From NCBI GenBank assembly GCA_965116925.1, contig OZ220744.1:6368001-6432000 (forward strand): a stretch of 64,000 nucleotides of DNA, read 5' to 3'. A program made the translations under genes and the position numbers. The notes under the pieces are model-generated. The model saw only the letters and a program-made list of their open reading frames with translations. It ran no database searches and had not been told where the DNA came from. Numbering within the stretch: the stretch's first letter is position 1; every line of letters starts with the position of its first letter. This DNA comes from Candidatus Poribacteria bacterium. Its GTDB lineage: Bacteria > Poribacteria > WGA-4E > PCPOR2b. Shown in pieces: positions 10,755 through 20,038 of this stretch.

Positions 10755-11783
10755 CTAAAGTGATTCTTCAAACAATTCGCTAACCATCTGGGAAGTAAAT
10801 TTGACAATTGATACGATGCGTGGATACGCCATCCGGGTCGGTCCGATAACGCCTATTGTTCCAAAGTGATTCCCGCGCACCCGGTAGCTTGATCTGACGA
10901 TACTGCACATTTCCATGCCTTCACAGCCGTTTTCACTGCCGATAAGCACCTGAATTCCGAGGGGGTCTTGCCGGGTGGCTAGCAGGTCGGCGATCTGCTC
11001 CTTTTGTTCCAAAACCCGAAATAGCGATTCTATCTTCTGAACTTCTCCAAACTCGGGATGACTGAAGAAGTTGGAAGTACCGTCGATGTAAACATGAGTT
11101 TCCTGCTCTAGTGCAAAAGTATTCCGCGTAACAGTTGCTATTGGGTCGGACAGGTGTTGATCGAAAACAGCCCTTAATTTTGCAGGATCTTGTGAAATCT
11201 GCCGTATCTGCTTCAACGGTAGCCCTGCTAACCTTTCATTTAATATCTGGTTTATCCGGTAGAGTTCCTCATCGGACAGATCTTTAGGGATGGAAACGAC
11301 CTGATTTTTAACGGCTCCCGAAGCCATCAATAAAACTGCAAGTATATGCTCGCTATCAATCGAGATAAGTTCAAGGCGGCGTAGGATACTCTCATGCAGC
11401 TCTGGACTCAAGACGACGCCGATATGATGGGAAATCGCAGACAGAATCTTGGATGTCTGCTCCATAATCTCTTCAAAATCACGCCGAGATGAGGCATATC
11501 CATCTCGGATAAATTGCTTTTCCCTTCGACTCAACTTTTGGGCGGTCATCAGGTTATCAACGTAGACACGATACCCTTGCTCCGTCGGAATGCGCCCGGC
11601 GGAGGTGTGCGGATGCGTCAGATAGCCAAATTCCTCCAGATCCGCCATAGTATTCCGCAGCGTCGCCGCACTTAACCCCATGTCATAGTCCTGCACAATT
11701 TTCTGTGAACTGACAGGTTCTGCTGTCCGGTTATAGCAATCGATAATTGCTTCTAAAACGGCATGTTTTCGAGAGTCCAGCAT
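10755..11783 (-). CDS. hrcA: Heat-inducible transcription repressor HrcA
   Basis: SAATLRNTMADLE, PHTSAGRIPT, GVIGPTRM. Confidence 0.96.
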   Translation of the reverse strand: MLDSRKHAVLEAIIDCYNRTAEPVSSQKIVQDYDMGLSAATLRNTMADLEEFGYLTHPHTSAGRIPTEQGYRVYVDNLMTAQKLSRREKQFIRDGYASSRRDFEEIMEQTSKILSAISHHIGVVLSPELHESILRRLELISIDSEHILAVLLMASGAVKNQVVSIPKDLSDEELYRINQILNERLAGLPLKQIRQISQDPAKLRAVFDQHLSDPIATVTRNTFALEQETHVYIDGTSNFFSHPEFGEVQKIESLFRVLEQKEQIADLLATRQDPLGIQVLIGSENGCEGMEMCSIVRSSYRVRGNHFGTIGVIGPTRMAYPRIVSIVKFTSQMVSELFEESL

Positions 11784-11824
11784 AGGAGTTATCAACAGGA
11801 TCGCCTCAATTCGCAGCGTTTTTT

Positions 11825-11851
11825 TTAGCACTCTGTTCTTGAGAGTGCTAA
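11825..11851. promoter_or_regulatory. CIRCE operator
   Basis: Perfect TTAGCACTC-N9-GAGTGCTAA upstream of hrcA. Confidence 0.97.
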
Positions 11852-11857
11852 TGAATT

Positions 11858-11887
11858 AAACTACCATTTTTCAGGGGGATTTGTCAA
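11858..11887 (-). promoter_or_regulatory. sigma70 promoter of the hrcA operon
   Basis: TTGACA-N18-TAGTTT with extended TG, immediately upstream of CIRCE. Confidence 0.65.
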
Positions 11888-11969
11888 GCAAAAAGGAAAC
11901 GTAGCAGATGGGAAACTGGTTACGTCGGGAGTTTCAGAACAATCCGCTGGCTGCAGAAATCCGCAAGAA

Positions 11970-12016
11970 CAGAAAGAAAAACAGCCTGAAACCGGGCTAA
12001 CAATTTCAGGCTGTTT
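11970..12016 (-). terminator. Probable intrinsic terminator after the oxidoreductase operon
   Basis: Stem AAACAGCCTGAAA/TTTCAGGCTGTTT followed by a U-rich tract on the minus strand. Confidence 0.6.
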
Positions 12017-12068
12017 GCAGATTGTGATTGATATAGATTGTGTTACGCTGAATGCCTCACGGACTGGC

Positions 12069-12968
12069 TTACATCATCTGTTTGACGATGGATTCGCCTT
12101 GCTCCTTTGTAATGGCGAGATCCGTCTTTCTGCCGAGCGCGCCGTCCTGTAGGACCGGTTCAAGGTCTTCCAGCGCGTCACGGGTGGTGTCCTCATAAAA
12201 CAGACCGATAGGAATCTCATCGCCCCAAATCATTGCTTGTTGAAGCGCAGCTTGCATATCGGTGGGATCATGTCCTTCCTCTTCAAGTTTATTCACACGC
12301 TGCTTGAAGAAAGCGAAGGTATTGTCCTTATTAAAGGTGATACAGGGACTGAAGACATCCAGGAGTGCAAATCCGTTATGCTCGATCCCTCTATACATCA
12401 ATTCGGAGAGGTGTTTCGTGTCGCCGCTGAACCCGCGTGCCACATAAGTCGCGCCTGAGAGGATCGCCAACGCGAGTGGGTTCAGGGGTTGTTCGACACT
12501 ACCAAAGGGGGTGCTCTTCGTCTTCATGCCCATTCGGCTTGTCGGCGAGGTTTGACCAATGGTCAATCCGTAGATCTGGTTGTTCATCACAATGTACAAG
12601 ACATCAATATTGCGGCGAACTGTGTGGAGGAAATGATTTCCGCCTATACCATATCCATCGCCATCGCCCCCTGTGACGATGACTTTCATCTCATGATTGG
12701 AGAGTTTCATACCTGTTGCCACAGCAAGTGATCGTCCGTGCAGGGTATGCATCCCATAGGTGTTGATGAATCCGGGGAGGTTGGATGAACACCCAATCCC
12801 GCTAATCGTGATAAAGTCATGCGGTTCGCGCCCCGTTTTGGCGCAAGCCATTTCAAGGGCTCTCAATACACCGAAATCACCACAACCGGGGCACCAATCT
12901 GGGGAAATGCTTCCCTTAAAATCTTTCGCTGTTGGAGCCGCCTTTATAGGCTTTGCATCGTTTGCCAT
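12069..12968 (-). CDS. korB: 2-oxoacid:ferredoxin oxidoreductase beta subunit
   Basis: WCPGCGDF, SGIGCS, HTLHGR, GDGDG, NQIYGLT. Confidence 0.92.
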   Translation of the reverse strand: MANDAKPIKAAPTAKDFKGSISPDWCPGCGDFGVLRALEMACAKTGREPHDFITISGIGCSSNLPGFINTYGMHTLHGRSLAVATGMKLSNHEMKVIVTGGDGDGYGIGGNHFLHTVRRNIDVLYIVMNNQIYGLTIGQTSPTSRMGMKTKSTPFGSVEQPLNPLALAILSGATYVARGFSGDTKHLSELMYRGIEHNGFALLDVFSPCITFNKDNTFAFFKQRVNKLEEEGHDPTDMQAALQQAMIWGDEIPIGLFYEDTTRDALEDLEPVLQDGALGRKTDLAITKEQGESIVKQMM

Positions 12969-12979
12969 CTTATTCCTCC

Positions 12980-14761
12980 TTATACTACAATTTCTTGATA
13001 CGGGATATACAACTCGGTCTTACCAGCCTCAATCTCTTTGGCACCATCAACGATATGGTGTGGCATAAATGGCTCACCATCATATTTACGAATATGGCCA
13101 TCAGCCTTGAAGCCGGTTTCGCCACGCAGGAAGCGAGCAAACTGACCGGTATAATTACCTTCAACAACAATACCGTGCTTACACTTTGAGAGTACCTGAT
13201 TCACCTTCTCTTCGTCCAGCGGATAGAGCCAGCGGAAGTGAATATGGTTCGTGCTGTACCCTTCTGCTCTGAGCAGACTTGCCGCTTCGTCGATGAGGCT
13301 GTCTGTGGAACCCCAACCAATCAAGGTAAGTTCTGCATCTTCAGGACCCGTGAGCGTGGGAGCTGGCAAATCAGCCATAATACCATCCATCTTACGCTGA
13401 CGTTTTTCCATGATGTCCCGACGTTTGTGCGGATTTGTGAACTCGTCACTGATCAATACGCCATCTTCATCGTGGTCATCCGTTGCCACAACATGGACAT
13501 GCCCTGGTGTTCCGGGCAATGCTCGTGGAGAAATACCGCTCTCCGTAATCTTAAACCGCTGATACTTATCGTCTGAACCGTTTTCTTCGGTGATGATCTC
13601 GCCCCGATCGATTTTCTGCTCCCACTTAATAAGGTCTGGATCGATATTTGTGTATCCCATGGAGAGTGTGAGATCGGAAAGTACCATCCCCGGGCACTGA
13701 TATTTATCGGCTAAATTGAAGAGTTCTGGAATCACATCGAAGCCATCAACGATACTGGTTGGCGCGACAATAATTTTTGGGAAGTCGCCTTGGCTGGCAC
13801 CAAGCAGCTGCCACAGGTCGCCTTGTTCGGTCTTGGTCGGTAGCCCAGTGGAGGGCCCGCCGCGTTGGACGTTAATAAAAACTACCGGAATTTCCATCAT
13901 ACCGGCACTTCCGATAGCCTCGGTCATCAGCGCGAAACCGCCGCCGGAGGTTGCACACATCGCACGACATCCACCGTGGGCAGCGCCGATTGCCATATTC
14001 GCGACACCGATTTCGTCCTCAACCTGCCGAACCATGATTCCCAAGTCGCGGGCATTGGCAGCCATCCAGTGCAATACACCGGTCGAAGGACTCATCGGGT
14101 AGGCACAATAGAATTTAACCCCAGCTGCTGCGCCCCCCATTGCCATCATGTCGTTGCCGGTTGTCACCGCTAGCGGTTTGTCTTGCATTGGCAGTGATGT
14201 AGGGAACGGTGTGAAATGTTCAGCAGCATGGTCAAACCCTGCTCTAGCGATACCGACGTTTTCGTCGACAACTGCCTGACCTTTTCGCTGGAACTGGATC
14301 GTTAAAATATTCTCCAACTGTTCCAAGCCAGCACCCAGCATATTAAGCGCGGCACCGAGCAGCAGCGTATTCAGCATGATCCGGTTTCGGCTGTTGTTGG
14401 ACAACTCCTTAAAGGAGAGCGGACATAACTGAACGCCCTCGGGGACATCTGCTTCTGGCTTCGTATTGTCGCTGTTGTAAAGAATCGCCCCACCGGGGAC
14501 AACGTTCTGAAGATGCTTGTCCATTGCGTCTTGGTTCAACGCAATGACCAAATCAATCTTATCACCATGGTTAGCAATGGGTTCGGAGCAGAGCCGCATG
14601 GTTAAAAAGGTGTGGCCTCCACGGATGAGGGATTGGTAGGCACTATAAGTGAACGCATAGATGCCACGACGTGCACAAATCCTCAACAGTAACGGTCCAC
14701 TACTCTCAATACCCTGGCCGGGTGCTCCACCCATACCAATGGCAAAATCGTAATTTCCCAT
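12980..14761 (-). CDS. korA: 2-oxoacid:ferredoxin oxidoreductase alpha subunit (gamma-alpha fusion)
   Basis: G.PGQGI, IRGGH, YPMSPS, EDEI, QRGGPSTGLPTK; substrate not resolvable. Confidence 0.9.
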   Translation of the reverse strand: MGNYDFAIGMGGAPGQGIESSGPLLLRICARRGIYAFTYSAYQSLIRGGHTFLTMRLCSEPIANHGDKIDLVIALNQDAMDKHLQNVVPGGAILYNSDNTKPEADVPEGVQLCPLSFKELSNNSRNRIMLNTLLLGAALNMLGAGLEQLENILTIQFQRKGQAVVDENVGIARAGFDHAAEHFTPFPTSLPMQDKPLAVTTGNDMMAMGGAAAGVKFYCAYPMSPSTGVLHWMAANARDLGIMVRQVEDEIGVANMAIGAAHGGCRAMCATSGGGFALMTEAIGSAGMMEIPVVFINVQRGGPSTGLPTKTEQGDLWQLLGASQGDFPKIIVAPTSIVDGFDVIPELFNLADKYQCPGMVLSDLTLSMGYTNIDPDLIKWEQKIDRGEIITEENGSDDKYQRFKITESGISPRALPGTPGHVHVVATDDHDEDGVLISDEFTNPHKRRDIMEKRQRKMDGIMADLPAPTLTGPEDAELTLIGWGSTDSLIDEAASLLRAEGYSTNHIHFRWLYPLDEEKVNQVLSKCKHGIVVEGNYTGQFARFLRGETGFKADGHIRKYDGEPFMPHHIVDGAKEIEAGKTELYIPYQEIVV

Positions 14762-15069
14762 TTTATATCCTTTCTATCATAGGTTTTCCACCTATTTGAA
14801 AACCGCAAATTAACAAAGCCAAATTTCCCCTGTGTCGTGAGGGAGGAGAAATTTGCTTCTGACTATACCAAATTCAGGAGTGCTGTTCAAAAATTGGTTG
14901 AATATTTAAGTGAATACAAGTTTTTATAGTTGAATTAGGTCTGGACAGCAAAAAACCATATTAAGCATACCACATCCTACCTTATTTTTCAAATGAATTC
15001 TATACAACTAGCGACATCCCGTGCGTCCGTTGAGGGAAGATGTTTTCTTTTCAAGCCCCAATTTTAATT

Positions 15070-15663
15070 TCACAGCTCGCCCAACGCTTTTTCTGCTTCA
15101 GGTGTTCCAATTTCTGACAACGCAAAAGCGACATGTTCGCGGACTCGATCGGATTCATCAGTCAAGGTGGCTATCAGAGCCGGCACAGCGTCGCTCGCAG
15201 CCTCACCGACATTTGCCAGTCCAATCGCGGCGTAGGTGCGAATATCTATTTCATCGTCGCCGAGTGCCCGAATCAGAGCCGGTACAACAGCTTGGGTAGA
15301 CTGTGCAATGGTGCTCAATGCGCGGACAGCATATTCGCGGACGGGGTCATAGGTGTCGTTTAATGCCTCAATTAAAGCCGGAACGGCAGGTTCTCCAATT
15401 CGAGCGACGGCGTCGGATGCGTTGAGCGCGACATGCCTGAATTCATGAGCAAACGTATCTATCAAAGCGGGAACGGCGGGTTCTCCAATCTGTGCTAGGG
15501 CGTCAGCTGCACCATCGCACACATCCCAAATCACGTTTTCTAACGCCGCTATCAGATCAGTCACCGCAGATTCACCAATCTCAACCAAGGCTGCAATCGT
15601 CGCTTCTCGATCCTCGTCATATTCCAACTGTTCAATCAATTCATCAATATCGTAATCTTCCAT
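15070..15663 (-). CDS. HEAT-repeat (PBS lyase-like) protein
   Basis: Repeated IGEPAVPALI..L.D....VR..A..AL units. Confidence 0.85.
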   Translation of the reverse strand: MEDYDIDELIEQLEYDEDREATIAALVEIGESAVTDLIAALENVIWDVCDGAADALAQIGEPAVPALIDTFAHEFRHVALNASDAVARIGEPAVPALIEALNDTYDPVREYAVRALSTIAQSTQAVVPALIRALGDDEIDIRTYAAIGLANVGEAASDAVPALIATLTDESDRVREHVAFALSEIGTPEAEKALGEL

Positions 15664-15726
15664 AAAATATCCTTAGCAGCGTCTGCTGACGGAATTACCT
15701 TCTTTTCTTCAGTTTAGACGTTTCGT

Positions 15727-16845
15727 TCATCCTTCCAGTGCGAGTAAAAAAGGATTTTCCAACACGTCAATCAACCGACGCAAAAAACGGGCTGCATCGG
15801 CACCATCAATCAAGCGATGGTCGTAGGAAAGGGCAAGCGGCAACATTAGACGCGGCTGAAATTGGTCGTTGATAAATACCGGTTCAATCTGACTGCGGGA
15901 AACACCGAGAATAGCAACTTCGGGGTAGTTGATTATCGGGGCAAAGTTTGTCCCACCGACATTGCCAAGGTTGCTTATCGTGAAGGTTCCGCCCTGCATC
16001 TCTTCCAAACCGAGTTTCCTATTTCTTGCCTTCTCCGCTGCCTGATTCAACTCAGTTGCTAATTCGGTAATGTTTTTCTGATCGACATTGCGGATAACGG
16101 GTACTAGAAGCCCTTGTGGCGTGTCCACTGCTACACCGATATGATAATATCTCTTGTAGATAATCTCTGCTCTATCCATATCCACGCTTGTGCAGAACTG
16201 CGGGAACTGTTTCAACGTGCCTGCAGCAATTTTGAGGAGTATTGCTGTGATGGTGAGTTTGCCGCCGGCAGTCTCAACTTTTGAGCCGTACTGTTTTCGG
16301 AGTTTTTCTAGCTCTGTGATGTCCGCCTTATCGAAATTCGTGACATGCGGAATCATCCCCCAAGCGGTAGCCATATGTTTCGCGGTGGCACGGCGTATCC
16401 CTCCCATCGCTACCCGCTCAATTTCGCCCCATTTCGAGAAATCAAGTAGCGTTTCAGCGGTTTCAGTGGGTGGTTGCGCTTTGGCTGCTGCAATGGTTGG
16501 TATCTCTTCCCGTTTTTCCACGCTGGCAGGTGGAGGCGACGCCACCTTGGGAACAGGAGTCGTTTTCTGCGGTGTCATTAAGGGTTTGGGCCCTTCTTCG
16601 CCCGTTCCCTCCGTGTCAACCGTGAGAATCGGCTTTCCAACCTCCACGATTCCACCTTCCTCCACATGAATCGCCGTGATGGTGCCGCTGATGGAAGAGG
16701 GTATTTCGATAGCAGCCTTATCTGTTTCAATCTCTAGGACCGGTTGATCCACTTCGATTGTGTCTCCGACAGACACTAGCAGGGCAACGACATCGCCGGC
16801 GTCAATGTCTTCTCCGAGTTCGGGGAGGTTAAATTCGATTGTCAT
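15727..16845 (-). CDS. 2-oxoacid dehydrogenase E2 (dihydrolipoamide acyltransferase)
   Basis: Lipoyl motif ETDKA; catalytic TISNLG and SYDHRLIDG. Confidence 0.9.
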   Translation of the reverse strand: MTIEFNLPELGEDIDAGDVVALLVSVGDTIEVDQPVLEIETDKAAIEIPSSISGTITAIHVEEGGIVEVGKPILTVDTEGTGEEGPKPLMTPQKTTPVPKVASPPPASVEKREEIPTIAAAKAQPPTETAETLLDFSKWGEIERVAMGGIRRATAKHMATAWGMIPHVTNFDKADITELEKLRKQYGSKVETAGGKLTITAILLKIAAGTLKQFPQFCTSVDMDRAEIIYKRYYHIGVAVDTPQGLLVPVIRNVDQKNITELATELNQAAEKARNRKLGLEEMQGGTFTISNLGNVGGTNFAPIINYPEVAILGVSRSQIEPVFINDQFQPRLMLPLALSYDHRLIDGADAARFLRRLIDVLENPFLLALEG

Positions 16846-17021
16846 ATCTGTTACCCGTAGAATATGAAACGTGAAAGGTGAGATGTGAAAGGCGGAAACC
16901 ATTGGTTCATTGGTACGGTCCGGCCTACCGTTACGGCGTTGGGTTTTAGAGCTCCGGTTCAACCCAATCTACGTGCGGCACGGTTGTCGCACCACTGAGG
17001 CTATGGATCGGGTGAGACGGC

Positions 17022-17984
17022 TTACCTATTAGATAGGGCAAGTTCTTCTTTTAACTGCAAGAGTTGTGCTTCTGGAAGATTGGTGATTTCAGAAATGAGC
17101 GTCATTTCCATTCCTTTGGCAAGCATTGCCTTTGCAGTTTCAATCTTCTCTTCAATTCTGCCTTCCTGCTTGCCCTTCTGTTCACCCTCAAGCAGCCCTT
17201 CCTGCTTACCCTCACGCAAACCGTTTTGAAAAAAACGCTGCCTCTCCTTCTCTAATGCTGTGACTAACATCGTCTTCACCTCCTCTTCAGTCCGATAAAT
17301 GGACTCCAATGACTCATAATCGTCAGATTCAATTCGTCCGTGAAAAGCTAACTGCCTAAACCAGTTTAAGAACAGACTCACCGCCTGTCTATCCGCCTCC
17401 GCCGAAAACACATTCAGCAGCTCCGCCTCTAGCACATCTAAGTTGTAATGGGATTCTGCCAGAAACAACGTTGATACGATGTTTCGGATTTTTAACAACG
17501 CCTCCTGACTGTATTGGTTTTCAGCAATCAGGAAATACTGAAAATCTAACGCGAACCTACCGAGTGGTGGTGTCCGCTCAATTAACGCCGAAAGATTGAC
17601 CGGTGCCGTCCAACGTGCCTCTCCATTGTACAGCACAATTGGAAAGACCGCCGGCAGTTTGTTGACACCGCTGTTATTGACGAGAAAATCCATGTAAAAG
17701 TTGGTGATATAGTTCAGCACCCGCAACGCCATGAACGGGTCAACGGTAGATTGAAACTCGATGAGAATATAAATATAGACCTCGCGGTCCTGAAACTGGA
17801 TTTTGTAGATTAAATCACTCTCGGTTTCTTTGTAGTGTTCGGAGATAAAGGATTTATCCAAAGGTTCACAGGTGTCGAAATCGAGCGAATGGACCCATTC
17901 TTGGTTGACGAAGGTTTCAAGGAGTTGTCGAAAGATGGTCCGATTTGAGAATAGTTTCTTATAGCCGCTGTCGTGAATATTCAT
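17022..17984 (-). CDS. Rpn (YhgA-like) recombination-promoting nuclease/putative transposase
   Basis: HD.GYKKLFS, ESDLIYK, YILIEFQS, PIVLYNG, C-terminal EG..EG repeats. Confidence 0.9.
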   Translation of the reverse strand: MNIHDSGYKKLFSNRTIFRQLLETFVNQEWVHSLDFDTCEPLDKSFISEHYKETESDLIYKIQFQDREVYIYILIEFQSTVDPFMALRVLNYITNFYMDFLVNNSGVNKLPAVFPIVLYNGEARWTAPVNLSALIERTPPLGRFALDFQYFLIAENQYSQEALLKIRNIVSTLFLAESHYNLDVLEAELLNVFSAEADRQAVSLFLNWFRQLAFHGRIESDDYESLESIYRTEEEVKTMLVTALEKERQRFFQNGLREGKQEGLLEGEQKGKQEGRIEEKIETAKAMLAKGMEMTLISEITNLPEAQLLQLKEELALSNR

Positions 17985-17987
17985 CAC

Positions 17988-18079
17988 TATAGTAGATTTG
18001 AGAATTAATTAGACATTGTGAACGAGCCCCGATAGACCGGGATTCACCGAATTAGGGCACACGGTGTGTGCCTACTACT
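17988..18079. repeat. Partial TATAG-ended MITE abutting the rpn start
   Basis: Similar over about 90 bp to 34896-34988, including the GGCACACGGNGTGTGCC hairpin. Confidence 0.7.
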
Positions 18080-18189
18080 AGCAACTTGAGTTAAGATACA
18101 GTAATTATACATTCTCCTGCCTTCACGAGTCAACCGAGAGAAGAAATAGATCGCTCAATATCGGGACACCCCTCTAAGTGGAAGGGCTA

Positions 18190-19932
18190 TCACACGATTA
18201 CTTCCTCCAGCCCTGTTTTGAGGAGTTGTGAAAATCGTGAATTTGGGTCTCCGACAAGGCGTTCCCGCTCTCCATGCTCTTGGATTTCGCCATCTTCCAA
18301 GATCATTATTTCATTGACCCGTTCAACAGTACCGAGACGATGGGCAATGATAATGCCTGTTCGGTTACGGAGCAGCTTTTGAACCGCACGATCAATCTGT
18401 TGTTCGGTTGCCGGATCCAGTCGGGACGAAGGTTCGTCAAGGATAATGATTCCCGGATCTTTGAGAAATACCCGCGCAAATGCGAGCAATTGCGCCTCTC
18501 CAGCGGAAAGCTCTCCAGAAGCGATTACAGTATCAAGCCCGTTTGACAGCGACGCATACCATTCTGACAACCCCAGTTCTTCAATGACACTCAAAATCTG
18601 TGAGTCAGTGATTTCAGCGTTGAAAAGTGTGATGTTGTCCCGGACAGATGAATAAAAAAGGTGAACATCTTGCGTGACCAACCCCACATTTTGACGTAGG
18701 TTATCTTGCTGCACCTTCATTATCGGCATACCGCCCAGACGGATTTCGCCTATATTTGGCTCGTAGAACCGAAACAGTAAGCGAGTCATAGTTGTTTTGC
18801 CGCTACCCGTCCGCCCCAACAGACCGAGGACTTTGCCCGGTGCTAGGCTAAAGGAGATCTTTTTTAGAACGGGCTCGCCTTCAGTGTAGTTGAATGTTAC
18901 CCCATCAAATTCGATTGAGATTGCACCTGAGGCGGGCAGTGTTTCCGTTCCGTCTTGAATGTGAGCGGTTGTACGCTGCAAGGTCTCGATTCGTTTTAAG
19001 CCCGCTGTCGCCTTCTGAAGATCGTTAAGTTGGCGACCGATTTGGTCAAGCGGATGCCGGAACATAGCGGTATAATAGATGGCCATCATGACTGTGCCGA
19101 TCGTAAACGTTCCTTCCTGAAAGAGATAGATACACATACTCATCGAAATCGCAAGTCCTAGGGCAAACATAATCGTCGTGGTTGCCCGCACAATCTCGCC
19201 CATAATCTGGGACCTCAGTACCCGTCTGTAAGCATCACTGTTGACATCGTAGAACCGATCCATCGTATAGGCGCTTCCACCGTTTGTCCGAATGTCTTCA
19301 ATCCCAACCAGCCGCTCTTCTATAAAGCCGTACAGTTTGGAATAACCCTCTCGCTCGGCGGTGTACGCTGGAATGGCGACGCTTCGTATGAGGTTGCAGA
19401 TGACAAACGCAATAATTACAAACGCTGTTAGTGCAATACCCAGCCGCAGATCCTCTCGGGAGAGTACGATGAGGACGCCAATTAGGAGAAAAGTGTTGCC
19501 GATAACCTGCAACACAAATTCCGAGAAGAAGTTTGAGAGTGCTGTTGTATCACCGTCCACGCGTTCAACCATCTCTCCGGGGGTATATTGGTGATGAAAC
19601 GACATGTCGAGATTCAGACAGTGAAACGCTAAATTCTCTCGCATCCGATTGGTTACTCGCCAACCTACATCCTGCCCCATATAGGAACTAATCAGCATGA
19701 TAATTTGCCCAAAGATGCCAACTGCAAGGAATAACCCACCGGCGACAAACAGATTTCGGAGCGCGCCCCCGGCTTTTGCCATATCAATGAAGTCGCGAAG
19801 AATCCACGGACCGTACAACCTTAAACCAATCCCACCAAAAATGAAAACAGCAAGTAGGATCACCCGAAACCACAGGGGTTTAAGATAGTACGCAAGGAGT
19901 GAGATGTATTGTCTAAGTGGTACTCTTTGCAA
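18190..19932 (-). CDS. ABC exporter (TMD+NBD) with degenerate signature
   Basis: GRTGSGKT, LSAGEAQ, ILDEPSS, AHRL. Confidence 0.9.
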   Translation of the reverse strand: MQRVPLRQYISLLAYYLKPLWFRVILLAVFIFGGIGLRLYGPWILRDFIDMAKAGGALRNLFVAGGLFLAVGIFGQIIMLISSYMGQDVGWRVTNRMRENLAFHCLNLDMSFHHQYTPGEMVERVDGDTTALSNFFSEFVLQVIGNTFLLIGVLIVLSREDLRLGIALTAFVIIAFVICNLIRSVAIPAYTAEREGYSKLYGFIEERLVGIEDIRTNGGSAYTMDRFYDVNSDAYRRVLRSQIMGEIVRATTTIMFALGLAISMSMCIYLFQEGTFTIGTVMMAIYYTAMFRHPLDQIGRQLNDLQKATAGLKRIETLQRTTAHIQDGTETLPASGAISIEFDGVTFNYTEGEPVLKKISFSLAPGKVLGLLGRTGSGKTTMTRLLFRFYEPNIGEIRLGGMPIMKVQQDNLRQNVGLVTQDVHLFYSSVRDNITLFNAEITDSQILSVIEELGLSEWYASLSNGLDTVIASGELSAGEAQLLAFARVFLKDPGIIILDEPSSRLDPATEQQIDRAVQKLLRNRTGIIIAHRLGTVERVNEIMILEDGEIQEHGERERLVGDPNSRFSQLLKTGLEEVIV

Positions 19933-19972
19933 GCGGATTTTGTCCTTTCATCAAAGCGAGTAATCCTAGAAG

Positions 19973-20036
19973 CGGGGTCATTTAGTGGAACATCGGGATT
20001 CGGAGATCCCTCCTACATGAGAACTATATGCCCCTA
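19973..20036. mobile_element. Short MITE of the 4634 family
   Basis: Ends CGGGGTCATTTAGT / ACTATATGCCCCTA; flanks TCCTAGAAG / TCCTAGAGA; internal GGGATTCGGAGATCCC-TCCTAC. Confidence 0.65.
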
Positions 20037-20038
20037 TC

